A stretch of 64,000 nt of DNA from Planctomycetota bacterium (lineage in GTDB: Bacteria; Planctomycetota; UBA8108; SXIK01), in assembly GCA_965223265.1 (NCBI GenBank), contig OZ244999.1, positions 800,001-864,000 on the forward strand. Direction: 5' to 3'. The position numbers and the translations under genes were made by a program. Positions 38,382-49,012 of this stretch are shown here, in pieces. The notes under the pieces are model-generated. The model did no database searches, was not told the DNA's origin, and saw only the letters and a program-made list of their open reading frames with translations. How positions within the stretch are numbered: position 1 is the stretch's first letter; every line of letters begins with the position of its first letter.

Positions 38382-40142
38382 ATGGACATCCGCAACATCC
38401 GCAGCTGTTTTTTGGCGACTCTGGTCGTCGCGTTGGCGTGGACCAGCACCTCGGCAGCCGAGAGTAGAGTCCTCGGCGCGTTGCCGGCTGATGTGACAGC
38501 CTTCATCCAGATTCCCAGCGTCAAGCAGTTCCGGGACAACTTTGAGAAGACTCCCATCTACGCCATGAAGGACCGGCCGGCGGTCGCCAAGTTCCTCAAG
38601 GACATGGAGAGCAAGCTAGAGGAGATCCGCTCCGAGGCGCGGAAGGAGGTCGGCGTCGACCCTTGGGAGCTCCTGACGTCGATTGAGGGTGAAGCCGTCA
38701 TCGGTCTCGGGGGGCTCGATGCGCTGAAGCAAGCGCTGACCACCCAGCTGAGTGGCAGTGGCGAGGCAGATGTGACCAGCAAAGACGTTGGACTGTTCCT
38801 CGCCGTCGATGCCGGCGGCGCGAAGGACAAGGTTCGCGAGAGCTTCGACGCACTCCTCGACAAGGGACGAGAGGAGGGGGCGCGGATAGAGGTCGAGGAT
38901 TTCCACGGTGGCGAGATCACGTCGATCTTGCCCCCCGAGGGCGAAGACGCCGATGGTTTCGACGGCATCTATGTCGCGGAACACGGCTCCCATTTCGTTT
39001 TGGGGCTGCGTCGAGATCTCACCGAGCAAATCGTCGTCAAGCTTGAGAGCGGCGAAACCGGCGGCCTGACCTCCGATGAGAATTTTCGCACGACGTTCGA
39101 CGCCGCCGGGCGTGGCGGTGACCTCTTCATGTTCGTGAACATCGCCAGTGTCACCGGCATGCTCGACGAGTCACTCGGGGTTTCGATGTACGGTTTCTTT
39201 TGGCAGAAGGCGCGGGACCTCCTCATCGGCGAGGCGATGGAGAATCTAGGTGCCGCATACTTCATAGGTGAAGATCGTTTGCGCTCAACCACGTTCGTCA
39301 ATGATGGCGGTGCCCGGCAAGGCATTCTTGGCTGGATGGACGCGCCGTCGATTGAGGCGACGCCTCCGGCTTATTCGCTCGAAGAGGCCACAGTCGTGAG
39401 TAGTGGAAGTGTCAATTTCGAGCGCATCGTCGGTGCCTTGGAGGAAGTGGCGAAAGTCTTCATGCAGTTCCAGGGTGGCGGCGACCCAGCGGCACTTTTC
39501 GAGCAACAATTCGGTGTTTCGCTGGCGGATTTCAAGCGTTCCTGGGGAACACGCATCGACACCTTCAGCACGGGTGTCGCCGACGTCGAGGAGAATCCAC
39601 TGGGCGACGCGACGATTGTGATCGAACTGAAGGACTCCCAGCCGCTGAAAACCATCCTGGACAAAATTCAACAGATGGCTCCGGGTGCTCTCACACCGGA
39701 AGAGTATCAGGGCTATTCACTGCTGAAAACTTCGCCCTTTGGTGAGCATCAGCCGGCGCTCGCCCTCACTAAGAACAGTCTGATCTTCGGCATCGAGACG
39801 TCCAACGTGCAGAAAGTCATCCGGCGCCTTAAGTCGGAGAGTTCACCGCTGCAAAGCAATGCTGAGTTCAAGGCGGCTTCGAGTACCGTGCCGAACAAGG
39901 TGAGCTTCTTTCAGTTTCAAAGCAGCGAATACCTCAAACAGATGTCGTCGTTGTACCTGAAAATGTTCGACGGTGCTTCGGATGTGTTGGACTCTTCCGA
40001 CGAAGACATGCCGGCTAGCTTTCCAGCCATGCTCAAAGACGTGGTCGGCAACCTAGGCTCCCTTTTCAAGTACAGCTTCACTTGGGGTGGATGGAAGGAG
40101 AAGGGCTTCTTCATGGAGGGGACTGCTCCGTTCGCCGATTGA
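38382..40142 (+). CDS. Secreted hypothetical protein (DUF3352-like)
   Basis: Signal peptide, 'ALPADVTAFIQIPSV' start, long ORF with coding-like codon use; family assignment tentative. Confidence 0.6.
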   Translation: MDIRNIRSCFLATLVVALAWTSTSAAESRVLGALPADVTAFIQIPSVKQFRDNFEKTPIYAMKDRPAVAKFLKDMESKLEEIRSEARKEVGVDPWELLTSIEGEAVIGLGGLDALKQALTTQLSGSGEADVTSKDVGLFLAVDAGGAKDKVRESFDALLDKGREEGARIEVEDFHGGEITSILPPEGEDADGFDGIYVAEHGSHFVLGLRRDLTEQIVVKLESGETGGLTSDENFRTTFDAAGRGGDLFMFVNIASVTGMLDESLGVSMYGFFWQKARDLLIGEAMENLGAAYFIGEDRLRSTTFVNDGGARQGILGWMDAPSIEATPPAYSLEEATVVSSGSVNFERIVGALEEVAKVFMQFQGGGDPAALFEQQFGVSLADFKRSWGTRIDTFSTGVADVEENPLGDATIVIELKDSQPLKTILDKIQQMAPGALTPEEYQGYSLLKTSPFGEHQPALALTKNSLIFGIETSNVQKVIRRLKSESSPLQSNAEFKAASSTVPNKVSFFQFQSSEYLKQMSSLYLKMFDGASDVLDSSDEDMPASFPAMLKDVVGNLGSLFKYSFTWGGWKEKGFFMEGTAPFAD

Positions 40143-40231
40143 GGAATCTCTCGATGTCGCTGCGCGTAGTCGTGTCGGTCCGGGAGGTCGGTCGACGCAT
40201 TCGTGCAGCGACATGCGGCGTGCCAGTTGAG

Positions 40232-40376
40232 CGGCCAGCCTGAAAAAGTGCTTCGAATCGAAAACTGCTCTCTTCGCATCCAGATCGACTGCACACCAAC
40301 GCGGGTAATCTCCGAGCCCTGACGCGGTCGAGCTGGGCGTGAAGAGGTTAGTTTCTCGGCCGAACTCAACGGGCTG
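40232..40376 (-). mobile_element. Degenerate inverted copy of MITE-like element A
   Basis: Reverse complement matches both halves of 41623-41801 (e.g. CTCTTCACGCCCAGCTCGACCGCGTC and TCGAAGCACTTTTTCAGGC). Confidence 0.75.
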
Positions 40377-40479
40377 TTTCGGTTCGGTCCCCTCGTGACA
40401 CGGACTGACACGGACTGACACTGACGCCGGCCGACCGTGGCGCGTCACGGTCTCGAAACGCCCTGCGGCCGCCATTCAT

Positions 40480-41595
40480 TTAGAGCGGTGGTTGGACGTT
40501 CACGTGCACTTTGATGGCTTGGCGATCCTCGCTGAGCTGTCGCATCATTTCTGCATAGTTCTCTAGCCCATCGACCGGATTGCTCAGTAGGTTGCTGCAC
40601 CAGCCTGAGTAGGCGGCTTCCGCGTGGGCGAAATCTCTGACACCGTCCTCGAAGTAGCCTCGATGCGCGTTCACTGTGCCAAACATCACTTTGTTGTGGA
40701 GGACGAAGTTCAGGTTCAGCTCGTCGGCAGGGATCTCGTGTCTGCCTTTGCCACCTGTGATGCTGGTGAGAACCAGAATGCCGTTCTTTCCAACGATCTC
40801 CATCGAAGCGAATGCGACGCGTGACGACCCCGTCGCCTCGAACACGATGTCGAACGGTCCATGCGGCCTCGCTGCCTCGGGGAGGGACTGAGAGGAGAGA
40901 CTCACATAGCGCGCGCCCAGTTGTTCCACCAAGGACGACTTGGGGTTAGGTGCTGGGGACCGCGCGAAGACGGTGACGTCTAAACCGCGAAGGCGCAGCA
41001 CCAACGCCGCAAGTTGGCCGATGGCGCCGGCGCCCGTGATCGCCGCTCGCTGAGGTTGCCAGATGCGGAGCCGCCGCTGAATTTCATGCGCCTGTGAGAT
41101 TCCTTTTTGGACGATGCTCATAGGTTCCATGAGGACACCCAGATGCCGCAGCGACGACGGCACTTTCACGATGTACTCTGGATCATCGACGAAGTACTCG
41201 GTCAGGAAGCCGTGGAGCAAGTTGATGCCGCGTTCGTAGTACGTGTCGCCCGTCGTCATGTCGTAGTGACCGATCCGGTCGTACGGGCTGTTGCCTCGGC
41301 GTCGGACTGTCGGCGAGACGAAGTCTCCAGGGCGTAGGTCCGTGACGTTCGGGCCGACTTCCACAACTCGGCCGAAACATTCGTGACCAATCACTAGAAA
41401 GTCATATCCGGGGGGGGCATTGCCGTACTCAGCGGCGTTGATTTCCTTGTCTGTGCCGTCGACACCCACCTGTAGAACTTCGACTAGCACGCCGCGCCCT
41501 GACTCGATGTCTTCGAGCTTTGGCTTTTCCAGGTTCGTCAAGTGAACGCTATTGGCTGTCCCGGGAGTCACCGCGATCGCTTGCACTGTCTTCAC
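40480..41595 (-). CDS. Zn-dependent (MDR family) glucose 1-dehydrogenase
   Basis: 'GVDGTD.EI', 'GHE', 'PTVRR', 'YYERGI', 'EPMSIV.K', 'GAGAIG', 'GTVNA'. Confidence 0.88.
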   Translation of the reverse strand: MKTVQAIAVTPGTANSVHLTNLEKPKLEDIESGRGVLVEVLQVGVDGTDKEINAAEYGNAPPGYDFLVIGHECFGRVVEVGPNVTDLRPGDFVSPTVRRRGNSPYDRIGHYDMTTGDTYYERGINLLHGFLTEYFVDDPEYIVKVPSSLRHLGVLMEPMSIVQKGISQAHEIQRRLRIWQPQRAAITGAGAIGQLAALVLRLRGLDVTVFARSPAPNPKSSLVEQLGARYVSLSSQSLPEAARPHGPFDIVFEATGSSRVAFASMEIVGKNGILVLTSITGGKGRHEIPADELNLNFVLHNKVMFGTVNAHRGYFEDGVRDFAHAEAAYSGWCSNLLSNPVDGLENYAEMMRQLSEDRQAIKVHVNVQPPL

Positions 41596-41622
41596 TCTCT
41601 CCTGTGGTCTAACCTAACCTAA

Positions 41623-41801
41623 CAGCCCGTTGAAAAAGTCATTCGGCCGAAGAAACTGGCCTCTTCACGCCCAGCTCGACCGCGTCAATACTCGCCATCA
41701 GAATCGAAAGAAGAGGGCCCGAAGATTGCCTCCGTTTGCCGCAGCCGATCTGGACGCGAAGAGACCAGTTTTCGGCTCGAAGCACTTTTTCAGGCGGGCT
41801 G
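41623..41801 (+). mobile_element. MITE-like element A (179 bp)
   Basis: Imperfect terminal IR CAGCCCGTTGAAAAAG / CTTTTTCAGGCGGGCTG, flanked by a CTAA direct repeat (41619-41622 and 41802-41805); its right half recurs at about 41915-41991. Confidence 0.75.
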
Positions 41802-41805
41802 CTAA

Positions 41806-42374
41806 CCTCGAGTTTGGCCATTTCGCGCCGGCCTGGCCGGACGAGTTTCGCGGGGATTCAAAGGCCCTTTCGACTTTTCTGTACCCTGAGAACCCTGTGC
41901 TCGAAAATCTCGGAGATTACCTGCGTTTGCCGCGGCCGATCTGGCCGCGAAGAGACCAGCTTTCGGCTCGAAGCACTTTTTCAGGCGGGCTGCCAAGGTC
42001 GAAGCCTGCCCGAATCAGCGATGCGTGCCGACAAGCCCCAACGGCGGGGAAAGGTCCCGTTTCCAGTTCGACTCGAAGTAGCACGGCGACGCTCGGGCGT
42101 CCTTGCGTCCACCTTGCCAGCTCGAGTTTGGCCATTTCGCGCCGGCCTGGCCGGACGAGTTTCGCAGGGATTCAGAGGCCCTTTCGACTTTTTTGTACCC
42201 TGAGAACCCTTGTGCATGTTCAAAAACTCCTGTCCGGCCCTTCGGGGAACGCCAGGAGCGCCGATGCCTGCGTCGCTCCTCCGCCACGATCGCAGCGGGA
42301 TCGCGTTGTCGTCGCTCCTTGGCCTCGACGCTCCTGGCGTTCCCAGGCTCGACGCGAAATGGCCAAACTCGAGG
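41806..42374 (+). mobile_element. MITE-like element B and composite
   Basis: Perfect 22-bp IR CCTCGAGTTTGGCCATTTCGCG (41806-41827) / 42353-42374, flanked by CTAA and CTAG; the left ~95 bp is duplicated at 42121-42215. Confidence 0.75.
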
Positions 42375-42620
42375 CTAGCTGTCGTCGAACCTCGGCAACG
42401 AGCCCTTGCCTACTCAGCCTCCGAACGGGCTGAGCACCCTCGCCGCCACGCACCAGCTCCGTCTATTCTTCCCAAAAAGTGGGGACGGCGCCAGAGCTGA
42501 AGTTGCATGTGCCGCGGGTTTTCTGTCGACAGGTCGCACGTTTGTCACGCGGGAGGAGCACATCCTATACTTCGAAGGTGTTGATATCATCGACCTTGTC
42601 CGCCGCGAGAATGGAGCAGG

Positions 42621-44294
42621 ATGAGCTTTCAGGGCGACATCTCTTCCCTTTCCCTTTGCGACGTATTTCAGAATCTCGTCGGAAACAAGAAGACGGGAAC
42701 TCTAAGCGTCCACGCCAACGATTCGGATACGCACATCCAGTTCCAGGATGGGCATATCATCTCGTACACGGACACGCGTGGTTTCTCCGTCCCGCAGTGG
42801 TTGGTCGACAAGGAGATCGTGGCGCAGGAAAACCTGGAGGAGGCTCTCAAGCGCTATCGACGGGCAAAGCGAAAGACGCTTGGAGAGATCCTGCGCGACT
42901 TGAAGCTGCTCGATCTCGAGGAGTACACCAAGTACGTCAAGTACGTGGTGTGGGAAAGCCTCTGCGAGGCTCTGTCCTTTCAGGAGGGGTCGTTCACCTT
43001 CCGCGAGAGCGACCTCAACCCCGATCATGGCGACCGTGAGGTGAAGAGTCTTGGGCTGACGTTTTCAGCCTCGAGCCTGATCATGGAGGCTGCGCGCCGC
43101 AGCGATGATTGGGAGCAGATCCGCCGTCACATGCCATCGGAGCACGAGATCTACGTGATCTCACCGAGCGAGCGAGCCCATCTGGCCGAGAAGGCAGAAG
43201 ATGAGATCACCGCCAACACCGTCGAGCTGCTCGACGGTAGCCTCACGCTGAGCCAGGTGATCGCTCACTTGCCGTACTCACGATTCGAGGCATGCCGCTG
43301 TATCGCGGATCTCATCTCGCGCAAGAAGGCGAAACCACTTGACTCGGCTCAGGCAGTCGCGCGCTCCAGCAGTGGACGCGATCCGATGAACGCGATCGCT
43401 TGCCTGAAGACGATCCTTGAGCGCGAACCGAACAATCATGAAGTCCTGAACAAACTTGCAAGCCTCTACGAGAGCCAAGGTCTCCTCGAGGACAGCGCGA
43501 AGTGCACCAAGATGCTCGCGATCTCGTATCTCGAGTCGGACGACCTCCAGAAGGCGAAGCACTATCTCCGCAAATCGCTGGAGCTCAACCCGAAGGACAT
43601 CATCAGTTGGCAGAAGCTGTGGGACTGCGTTGTGCGCCGAAACGTCGACGAGGAGATTCGCTCGTTCGGCAAGAAGTACGTCCAGCATTTCCTACAGCTT
43701 GGACTGCCGGAGATGGCACGGGATCGTCTGATTGACCTCGTGCAGAGATTCCCTGAACGCTATGAGTTTCGGCTTGGACTCGCGGACGCTCGCTTCGCTC
43801 TCGGTGAGCGCAAGACCGCGATCCAGGAGCTCTCCGAGTACGGTGAGGGACTGATTGAGGCGAGCGCCTACGACCGGGCGGAGGTCGTCTTTCAGCGCAT
43901 CTTGACGTTCGATCATAGTCATGAGCGAGCCCAGCAGGTTGTCGAGGAGATTCGCTCGGGCAAGCTCGAGCAGCGCAAGGAGCTTCGCCGTCGAGTCTTC
44001 CACGGCAGCATCGTCGTGGCTTGCCTCCTGCTTGGGGCTGGCATCACTATCCGCGAAGTGTGGGTCGGGCAGCGTGTCTTTGAGTTCTCGCGAACGGTGT
44101 TCGCCGAGTCGATTCTCGAAGACCATCGCTACGACGATGCCATCAAGGCCATTCGCGGCATCAAGGCAGACTATCCGTTCAGCTTCACAGCAGCGGCGCA
44201 GACGAAGCAGCTGATCGAGGCTCTCGAGAAGAAGAAGGCCGCGACCGATTCGAATCGCCAAGGACCGCCGTCGCTACCGCGAAAGCCGCGCTAA
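42621..44294 (+). CDS. DUF4388 (PATAN-like) and TPR membrane protein
   Basis: 'MSFQGDISSLSLCDVFQ...KKTGTL', 'LGEIL', 'LIMEAARRSDDW', TPR repeats, C-terminal TM. Confidence 0.85.
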   Translation: MSFQGDISSLSLCDVFQNLVGNKKTGTLSVHANDSDTHIQFQDGHIISYTDTRGFSVPQWLVDKEIVAQENLEEALKRYRRAKRKTLGEILRDLKLLDLEEYTKYVKYVVWESLCEALSFQEGSFTFRESDLNPDHGDREVKSLGLTFSASSLIMEAARRSDDWEQIRRHMPSEHEIYVISPSERAHLAEKAEDEITANTVELLDGSLTLSQVIAHLPYSRFEACRCIADLISRKKAKPLDSAQAVARSSSGRDPMNAIACLKTILEREPNNHEVLNKLASLYESQGLLEDSAKCTKMLAISYLESDDLQKAKHYLRKSLELNPKDIISWQKLWDCVVRRNVDEEIRSFGKKYVQHFLQLGLPEMARDRLIDLVQRFPERYEFRLGLADARFALGERKTAIQELSEYGEGLIEASAYDRAEVVFQRILTFDHSHERAQQVVEEIRSGKLEQRKELRRRVFHGSIVVACLLLGAGITIREVWVGQRVFEFSRTVFAESILEDHRYDDAIKAIRGIKADYPFSFTAAAQTKQLIEALEKKKAATDSNRQGPPSLPRKPR

Positions 44295-44445
44295 CTCGCG
44301 CCTCAACGTCGCTCCCGAGACAATCCGCGCGATCGAGTGCGACCGTCCTTCGCGAACGCGGCGTTAAGAAGAGCGCGTCAGCGTTCGCAACGCTCGATGC
44401 AATGGCGCTGCGCCGTACCCGCAACGCTGAGACAGGCAGAGCTTC

Positions 44446-45000
44446 CTACGCTCTCGTCGAACCTTTTAGGTAAGGGGCGAGCCGCCGCCAAGCGTCAGCT
44501 TCACTCGCACTCGTCGGCTCGGGAGCGAAGCCGAAGTGGAGGTACAGGTTGATGGCAGGAACTCTTACAGTCGAAGTGGTCAGGTACGCGTCAGCGTAAC
44601 CAAGCTCGCGCAGTCGTGTGCAAACACTCGAGAGCAGTGGCTTCGCCAAACCGCGCCCTTGAAACTCCGGCAAGATCGCAACCCAGTGCACTCTGCCGGG
44701 GCTGGGATCGTCGCCGCGGCCGTACCATGCGGACGCTGTCCCGATCGGACCCTGCTTGTTGCTGACGAGAAAGAATTGGCGTGACGCAAGCCCCGCCACG
44801 TCGTCGCCGAACTCTCGCACGAAGAGCTTCGCAGTGATGTCGTTGTAATGGTCGGACGCGGCCTGTAGGGACACCCAGAGTCGCTCGTCGCCCGGTCGGT
44901 AGAATCGTAGTGAGTAGCCCGGAGGTAATTGGTAGCTCGGCAGGTCATCGAGATGCGGTCTCGACATGACGACGTCGATGTTCTCTTGGCGAACGTCCAT
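44446..45000 (-). CDS. GNAT family N-acetyltransferase
   Basis: 'VAILPEFQGRGLAK' and 'AINLYLHFGF'. Confidence 0.9.
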   Translation of the reverse strand: MDVRQENIDVVMSRPHLDDLPSYQLPPGYSLRFYRPGDERLWVSLQAASDHYNDITAKLFVREFGDDVAGLASRQFFLVSNKQGPIGTASAWYGRGDDPSPGRVHWVAILPEFQGRGLAKPLLSSVCTRLRELGYADAYLTTSTVRVPAINLYLHFGFAPEPTSASEADAWRRLAPYLKGSTRA

Positions 45001-45183
45001 CAGGTTCTTAGTTTTCGCGCGTCAGTCTTTCACGTGTCACGCGTTCCGCTCGTCTGATCCTAACGAATCAAGGCCTGTCCAGAGAAACGAGTCCGCCGCG
45101 CTTCGGTTAGTCGTCCGCGACGATTTAGATCGAAGCTTCCGAAACCGACGCGCGACGGCAGCGTTCTCCAGAGTCGCAAACTG

Positions 45184-48100
45184 TCACGACGACGGTTGCT
45201 CGGCCTCGCTCTCAAGCTCCAAAACCTGCACGCCGTAGAATCCAGACGGCACATAGGCCTTGTTGTCGTGGACCACGATTTTTTGCGACCAGCCTTGAGT
45301 CCGGAAGAATCGCTCGAATTCTGGCGTCGACAGATCCTCTACACTGAAGACGAAGATTCCGGCGCCACTTCCGACGAATGCGTAGCCGCTTTCGACCTCC
45401 TGAAGATACGCCCAATAAAATGGAACGTCGGCTTCTCCAGCCAGCGCGATGGCATCGGGGTCCGACAGGTCGATCGTTACGAGCGAGGTGCGGTTTTGCC
45501 ACCGCTCGCTGCCGTCATCAAGGACGATCGTTTCCCAAATCGAAGTCGTTGCAAACGCGCCGCTACCCCTGACCAAGACGCTGTTGATGTAATCTCCTGG
45601 CAGCTCGACCTGGCTGGCGAGTTCGGCCTTGTCGTCTTCGGTGAGCCGAAGCGCGTAGAGGAACTGGTGGTTCTGCCGCAGCTTGGCGTTCCAGCGAGAC
45701 TCCAGTGAGTAGATCACAGAGCCATCCGGAGTGGCATCCACCAGCATTCCCGGGATGTTGACCGCGGGATGCGATATGACATCACTCGGGTTGTCAACGT
45801 CGAAGCGATGCAGCATATAGCGAGCATACCAGGCGTCAACGTCGACGAAGGTGGTGTAGCTTGAGAGATAGAGCGTCGTTCCTTGCGCGATGAGCCCCCA
45901 TGCCCATGCGACGCTTTCGAGCTCGATCGTCTCGCCAAGTGCAGGTTCGTCCGGATTGCTGAGGTCGACGAGAAAGATCTGATGTTTCGGGTCAAAGTAC
46001 TCGGGCGCAAAGGCGACGTCGCAGGCCAGACAGTCATAGAAGGGATACTGAAAGCGGTGAAACGCGAGAGTCGAACCCTCGACTTGAACGACTTCATCGC
46101 CGTAGCCCCAGTACCACGAATGGTATCCGAGCCAGACTTCCTCAGGCAACTTGATGGAGCCTCTGGCTTGAGGCTGCTCCGGGTCACTGAGGTCGACGAC
46201 CTGGACGTGCGTCGATCGCCCCTGCCATACGCCTTCTTCGTTGTATTCGTCGCGCACGCTGGTTACGTAGGCCAAATCGCCGTTGAGAAACATCCGTCCG
46301 TACGGTGCTGGGACAGTCAAACTGGAAGTCGGCGACGCGGTGTTGGGATCGTCCAGAGGCGTTACGGTCACTTGTGTGTCGCCGCGGTACCAATCACCCG
46401 AGAGCTGCACGGAATGGTCGTCAGACAGCACCGCGAAATCTTGGACGTTGCGCGCGAGTTCGAGGCTTCCAAGAACCTCAGGTTCGTCGCGATTGGTGAT
46501 ATCGACCGCTTGGAAAAGACGATTTGAGAGCGTCAGAATCTTATTCTCGCCATGCGGAACAGCGCGCTCCGCAAGCGCGGACTCGATCAGACCTCGCAAA
46601 GTCAGACTGTCTTCAGCTAAGTCGATCAGCTGTACGCCTCCAATCGATCGATAGTTGATGGGATCCCACGCCTGGAACGGGAAGACGATCAAGCCCTCTC
46701 CTTCGAGGACGCGAAACACCTTCGCCGCATCGTCACGGTCGCCGGGGACCCAGCCCCACACGCCTTCGAGGCCGACGCGCGACAACAGCTTCGGTGCTCC
46801 GGCGACGTCGACAAGCGAGACCGCCAGATTGATGTGTCGTCGCCCTGTCTCTGGGTCGATGCGGTCGTCATGACCGAGTGCGACGATGCGATCGCCCAAG
46901 GGCACGAGAAAGTCCATCCACCCCGGCGCGATCAGCTCACCGAGAAGCTGTGGCCTTGTGGCGTCGCTGACGTCGAAGACGAAGAGTGGATCGATGTTTC
47001 GGTAGGTGACGAGATAGGCGCGATCGCCATCGAATCGGGCCGCTGTCAGCCTCTCGTCGATGTTGAGATCATAGCCGCCCAGTTGGTCGATTTCGTCGGG
47101 GTCGCTGACCGAGTAGGTGCGAAGGTACACAGTACCGTTGCCCCAGCTCTCCGACGATGCGACTCGGAAGACGCCGTTGTGCTCGTCCATGGACCAGCGA
47201 TCCTGCACGCGACCGGGAACTGGTGTCGAGCCGCGAACGACGATATCACCGCTCGGATCGCTGATGTCGATGTATCGCACAGTGGTTTCGAAGGCGCGCC
47301 GCGTTGAATCCCATCCGCTCGAGCTGAGGTAGATGGCCTGGGCGGTGACGAAAATGTGGTGTTCCCAGCCGGAGCGAGGGAAGTCAACCGAGTCGATCAC
47401 ACGCACGTCGCTGAGGTCTGAGAGCGAGACAGACAGGATCTGCGTTTTATCTTCGGTATCGTCGGTCCCGTAGCCGCCGTACCAAGGGTAGCGGTTCGAC
47501 ACCAGATACATGACATCGCCAACGATGCGCGAATCGCTCAGGTCTCCTTCCAGGTTGATCCCACCGATGACCTGAGGCTGAGTCGGGTCTGCGATATCGA
47601 TGATGCGGAGTTGACTACCGTAGAACCCGTGTGGGGCGATGTCGCCTTCCTCCCGCCAGTAGCTGTAGTAGTCGCTGACGATCGCGAAGACGAGATTGCC
47701 ACGGATGTACATCTCACGTGGGTAGCCGAAGATCGGGGCTCGCCCGATGAGCTCGGGAGCGTCTAGGCGGCTGAGGTCGATCACCTGCAGGCCGCGATAT
47801 CGGTTGAGCACGTAGATGTACTGGTCGACGACTTTGTAGATGTCCGCTTCTTCGATGAGTCGCTCGGGCGCACCGGACTCGCCTGCTGGGGCGGCTGGCG
47901 TTGGCGCGGCCGGCGCTTCTGCATCGTCGGCGACTGCATCACCGAAAAAGGCTCCTGGGGCGGTGGAACGATTCGCGTCGCCTATGGGGGTGGCGAATTC
48001 TGTCTGACCTGACGTCGGCAGGTCAGGATCGCACGGCGAGAACGCAGCGCAGCTCAGGTCGCCAGGCGTCGGGTCCGTTCCGCAAACCTCGGTCGGTGGT

Positions 48101-48435
48101 GGGATCTCGGGCCCTGAGGCGAAAAGGAAGTTCAGCGAGAACACGGCGTCTGAGATATCCACGACATCGTCGTCGTTGGAGTCCGCGGCGTTCTGACACG
48201 GGATCCTTCCCGACGCGAAGAGGCCGATCAGGGTTGCGATCGGGTCGCTGAGGTCGGTGGCGCGATCCGCGTTGGCATCGCCGCGCACGAAAGGTTCCTG
48301 TGCGTGCAGCTCGCCCGGCACGACGAGGGCGGCGGCAGTGAGCGCCAGGCATAGCGCCGCGACCCGACCTGGAGCGAATCTGCGGTGATTGACGGGCCGT
48401 CGACGAGACGAAAGAAGACAGGCCGTGAGAGCCAT
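45184..48435 (-). CDS. Secreted beta-propeller protein with N-terminal dockerin-like domain
   Basis: Signal peptide; 'FVRGDANADRATDLSD...CQNAADSNDDDVVDISD'; 'EEADIYK', 'MDEHNGVFRV', 'ARFDGDRAYLVTYRNIDPLFVFD', LVIVD-like repeats. Confidence 0.85.
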   Translation of the reverse strand: MALTACLLSSRRRPVNHRRFAPGRVAALCLALTAAALVVPGELHAQEPFVRGDANADRATDLSDPIATLIGLFASGRIPCQNAADSNDDDVVDISDAVFSLNFLFASGPEIPPPTEVCGTDPTPGDLSCAAFSPCDPDLPTSGQTEFATPIGDANRSTAPGAFFGDAVADDAEAPAAPTPAAPAGESGAPERLIEEADIYKVVDQYIYVLNRYRGLQVIDLSRLDAPELIGRAPIFGYPREMYIRGNLVFAIVSDYYSYWREEGDIAPHGFYGSQLRIIDIADPTQPQVIGGINLEGDLSDSRIVGDVMYLVSNRYPWYGGYGTDDTEDKTQILSVSLSDLSDVRVIDSVDFPRSGWEHHIFVTAQAIYLSSSGWDSTRRAFETTVRYIDISDPSGDIVVRGSTPVPGRVQDRWSMDEHNGVFRVASSESWGNGTVYLRTYSVSDPDEIDQLGGYDLNIDERLTAARFDGDRAYLVTYRNIDPLFVFDVSDATRPQLLGELIAPGWMDFLVPLGDRIVALGHDDRIDPETGRRHINLAVSLVDVAGAPKLLSRVGLEGVWGWVPGDRDDAAKVFRVLEGEGLIVFPFQAWDPINYRSIGGVQLIDLAEDSLTLRGLIESALAERAVPHGENKILTLSNRLFQAVDITNRDEPEVLGSLELARNVQDFAVLSDDHSVQLSGDWYRGDTQVTVTPLDDPNTASPTSSLTVPAPYGRMFLNGDLAYVTSVRDEYNEEGVWQGRSTHVQVVDLSDPEQPQARGSIKLPEEVWLGYHSWYWGYGDEVVQVEGSTLAFHRFQYPFYDCLACDVAFAPEYFDPKHQIFLVDLSNPDEPALGETIELESVAWAWGLIAQGTTLYLSSYTTFVDVDAWYARYMLHRFDVDNPSDVISHPAVNIPGMLVDATPDGSVIYSLESRWNAKLRQNHQFLYALRLTEDDKAELASQVELPGDYINSVLVRGSGAFATTSIWETIVLDDGSERWQNRTSLVTIDLSDPDAIALAGEADVPFYWAYLQEVESGYAFVGSGAGIFVFSVEDLSTPEFERFFRTQGWSQKIVVHDNKAYVPSGFYGVQVLELESEAEQPSS

Positions 48436-49012
48436 ACGTCGTCCCCCTTGTTGGGTGCTGTAGTCGCCAGCCTTAGAGAACCCCAGACGTATGGGCTGGT
48501 AAGGAGATATAGAGTATCGGTCGTGGCTCAGGCGCCGCGCAGCCCGGGCTGCGTTAGCCGTTGCCGTGATCCTAACAACCGCTGATGCTATGGGCCAATT
48601 TGGACCTCGTCAACGACGAGATGTGGATTTTCGTGTCAGTGTGGGTAAGACGGTATCGATCCTTCGTGTGCCTGGCGGTGCGGCTCGCCCATAGCGAGCG
48701 CCGTTTACAGCTTCGACGGCGGCGTTCGGGGCGTGTCGTCTCCGTGTCGCCAACAATGCGCAGCGGAAGCGCTCCCGGAGCGACGTGGCCGCGGTAGCAT
48801 AAGGGCAGAGGAACCCCTCATTGAAAGAATCACCGCTGTGATACCTCTTGGAGTCACTGCTGCACGATGAACGAGCCCGCCACGTACGTTCCTCGGCGCC
48901 GCAGTGGTGCGAAAGCGGGTCGACATCGCTGCGACCGTGCGGCGCTCCGGTGATATGAATCCCCTGAAGGAACGTGGTTACGAATGGACCTGGTGAGACG
49001 GTTTCCGAAAGC

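Noticed and set aside
41630-42433. 267-aa ORF and overlapping small ORFs
   Set aside because: They lie wholly within MITE repeats, have internally duplicated peptides and show no transposase motifs.
48788-48865. tRNA-like start GCCGCGGTAGCATAAGG
   Set aside because: No cloverleaf, no TTCG T-loop and no acceptor-stem complement.
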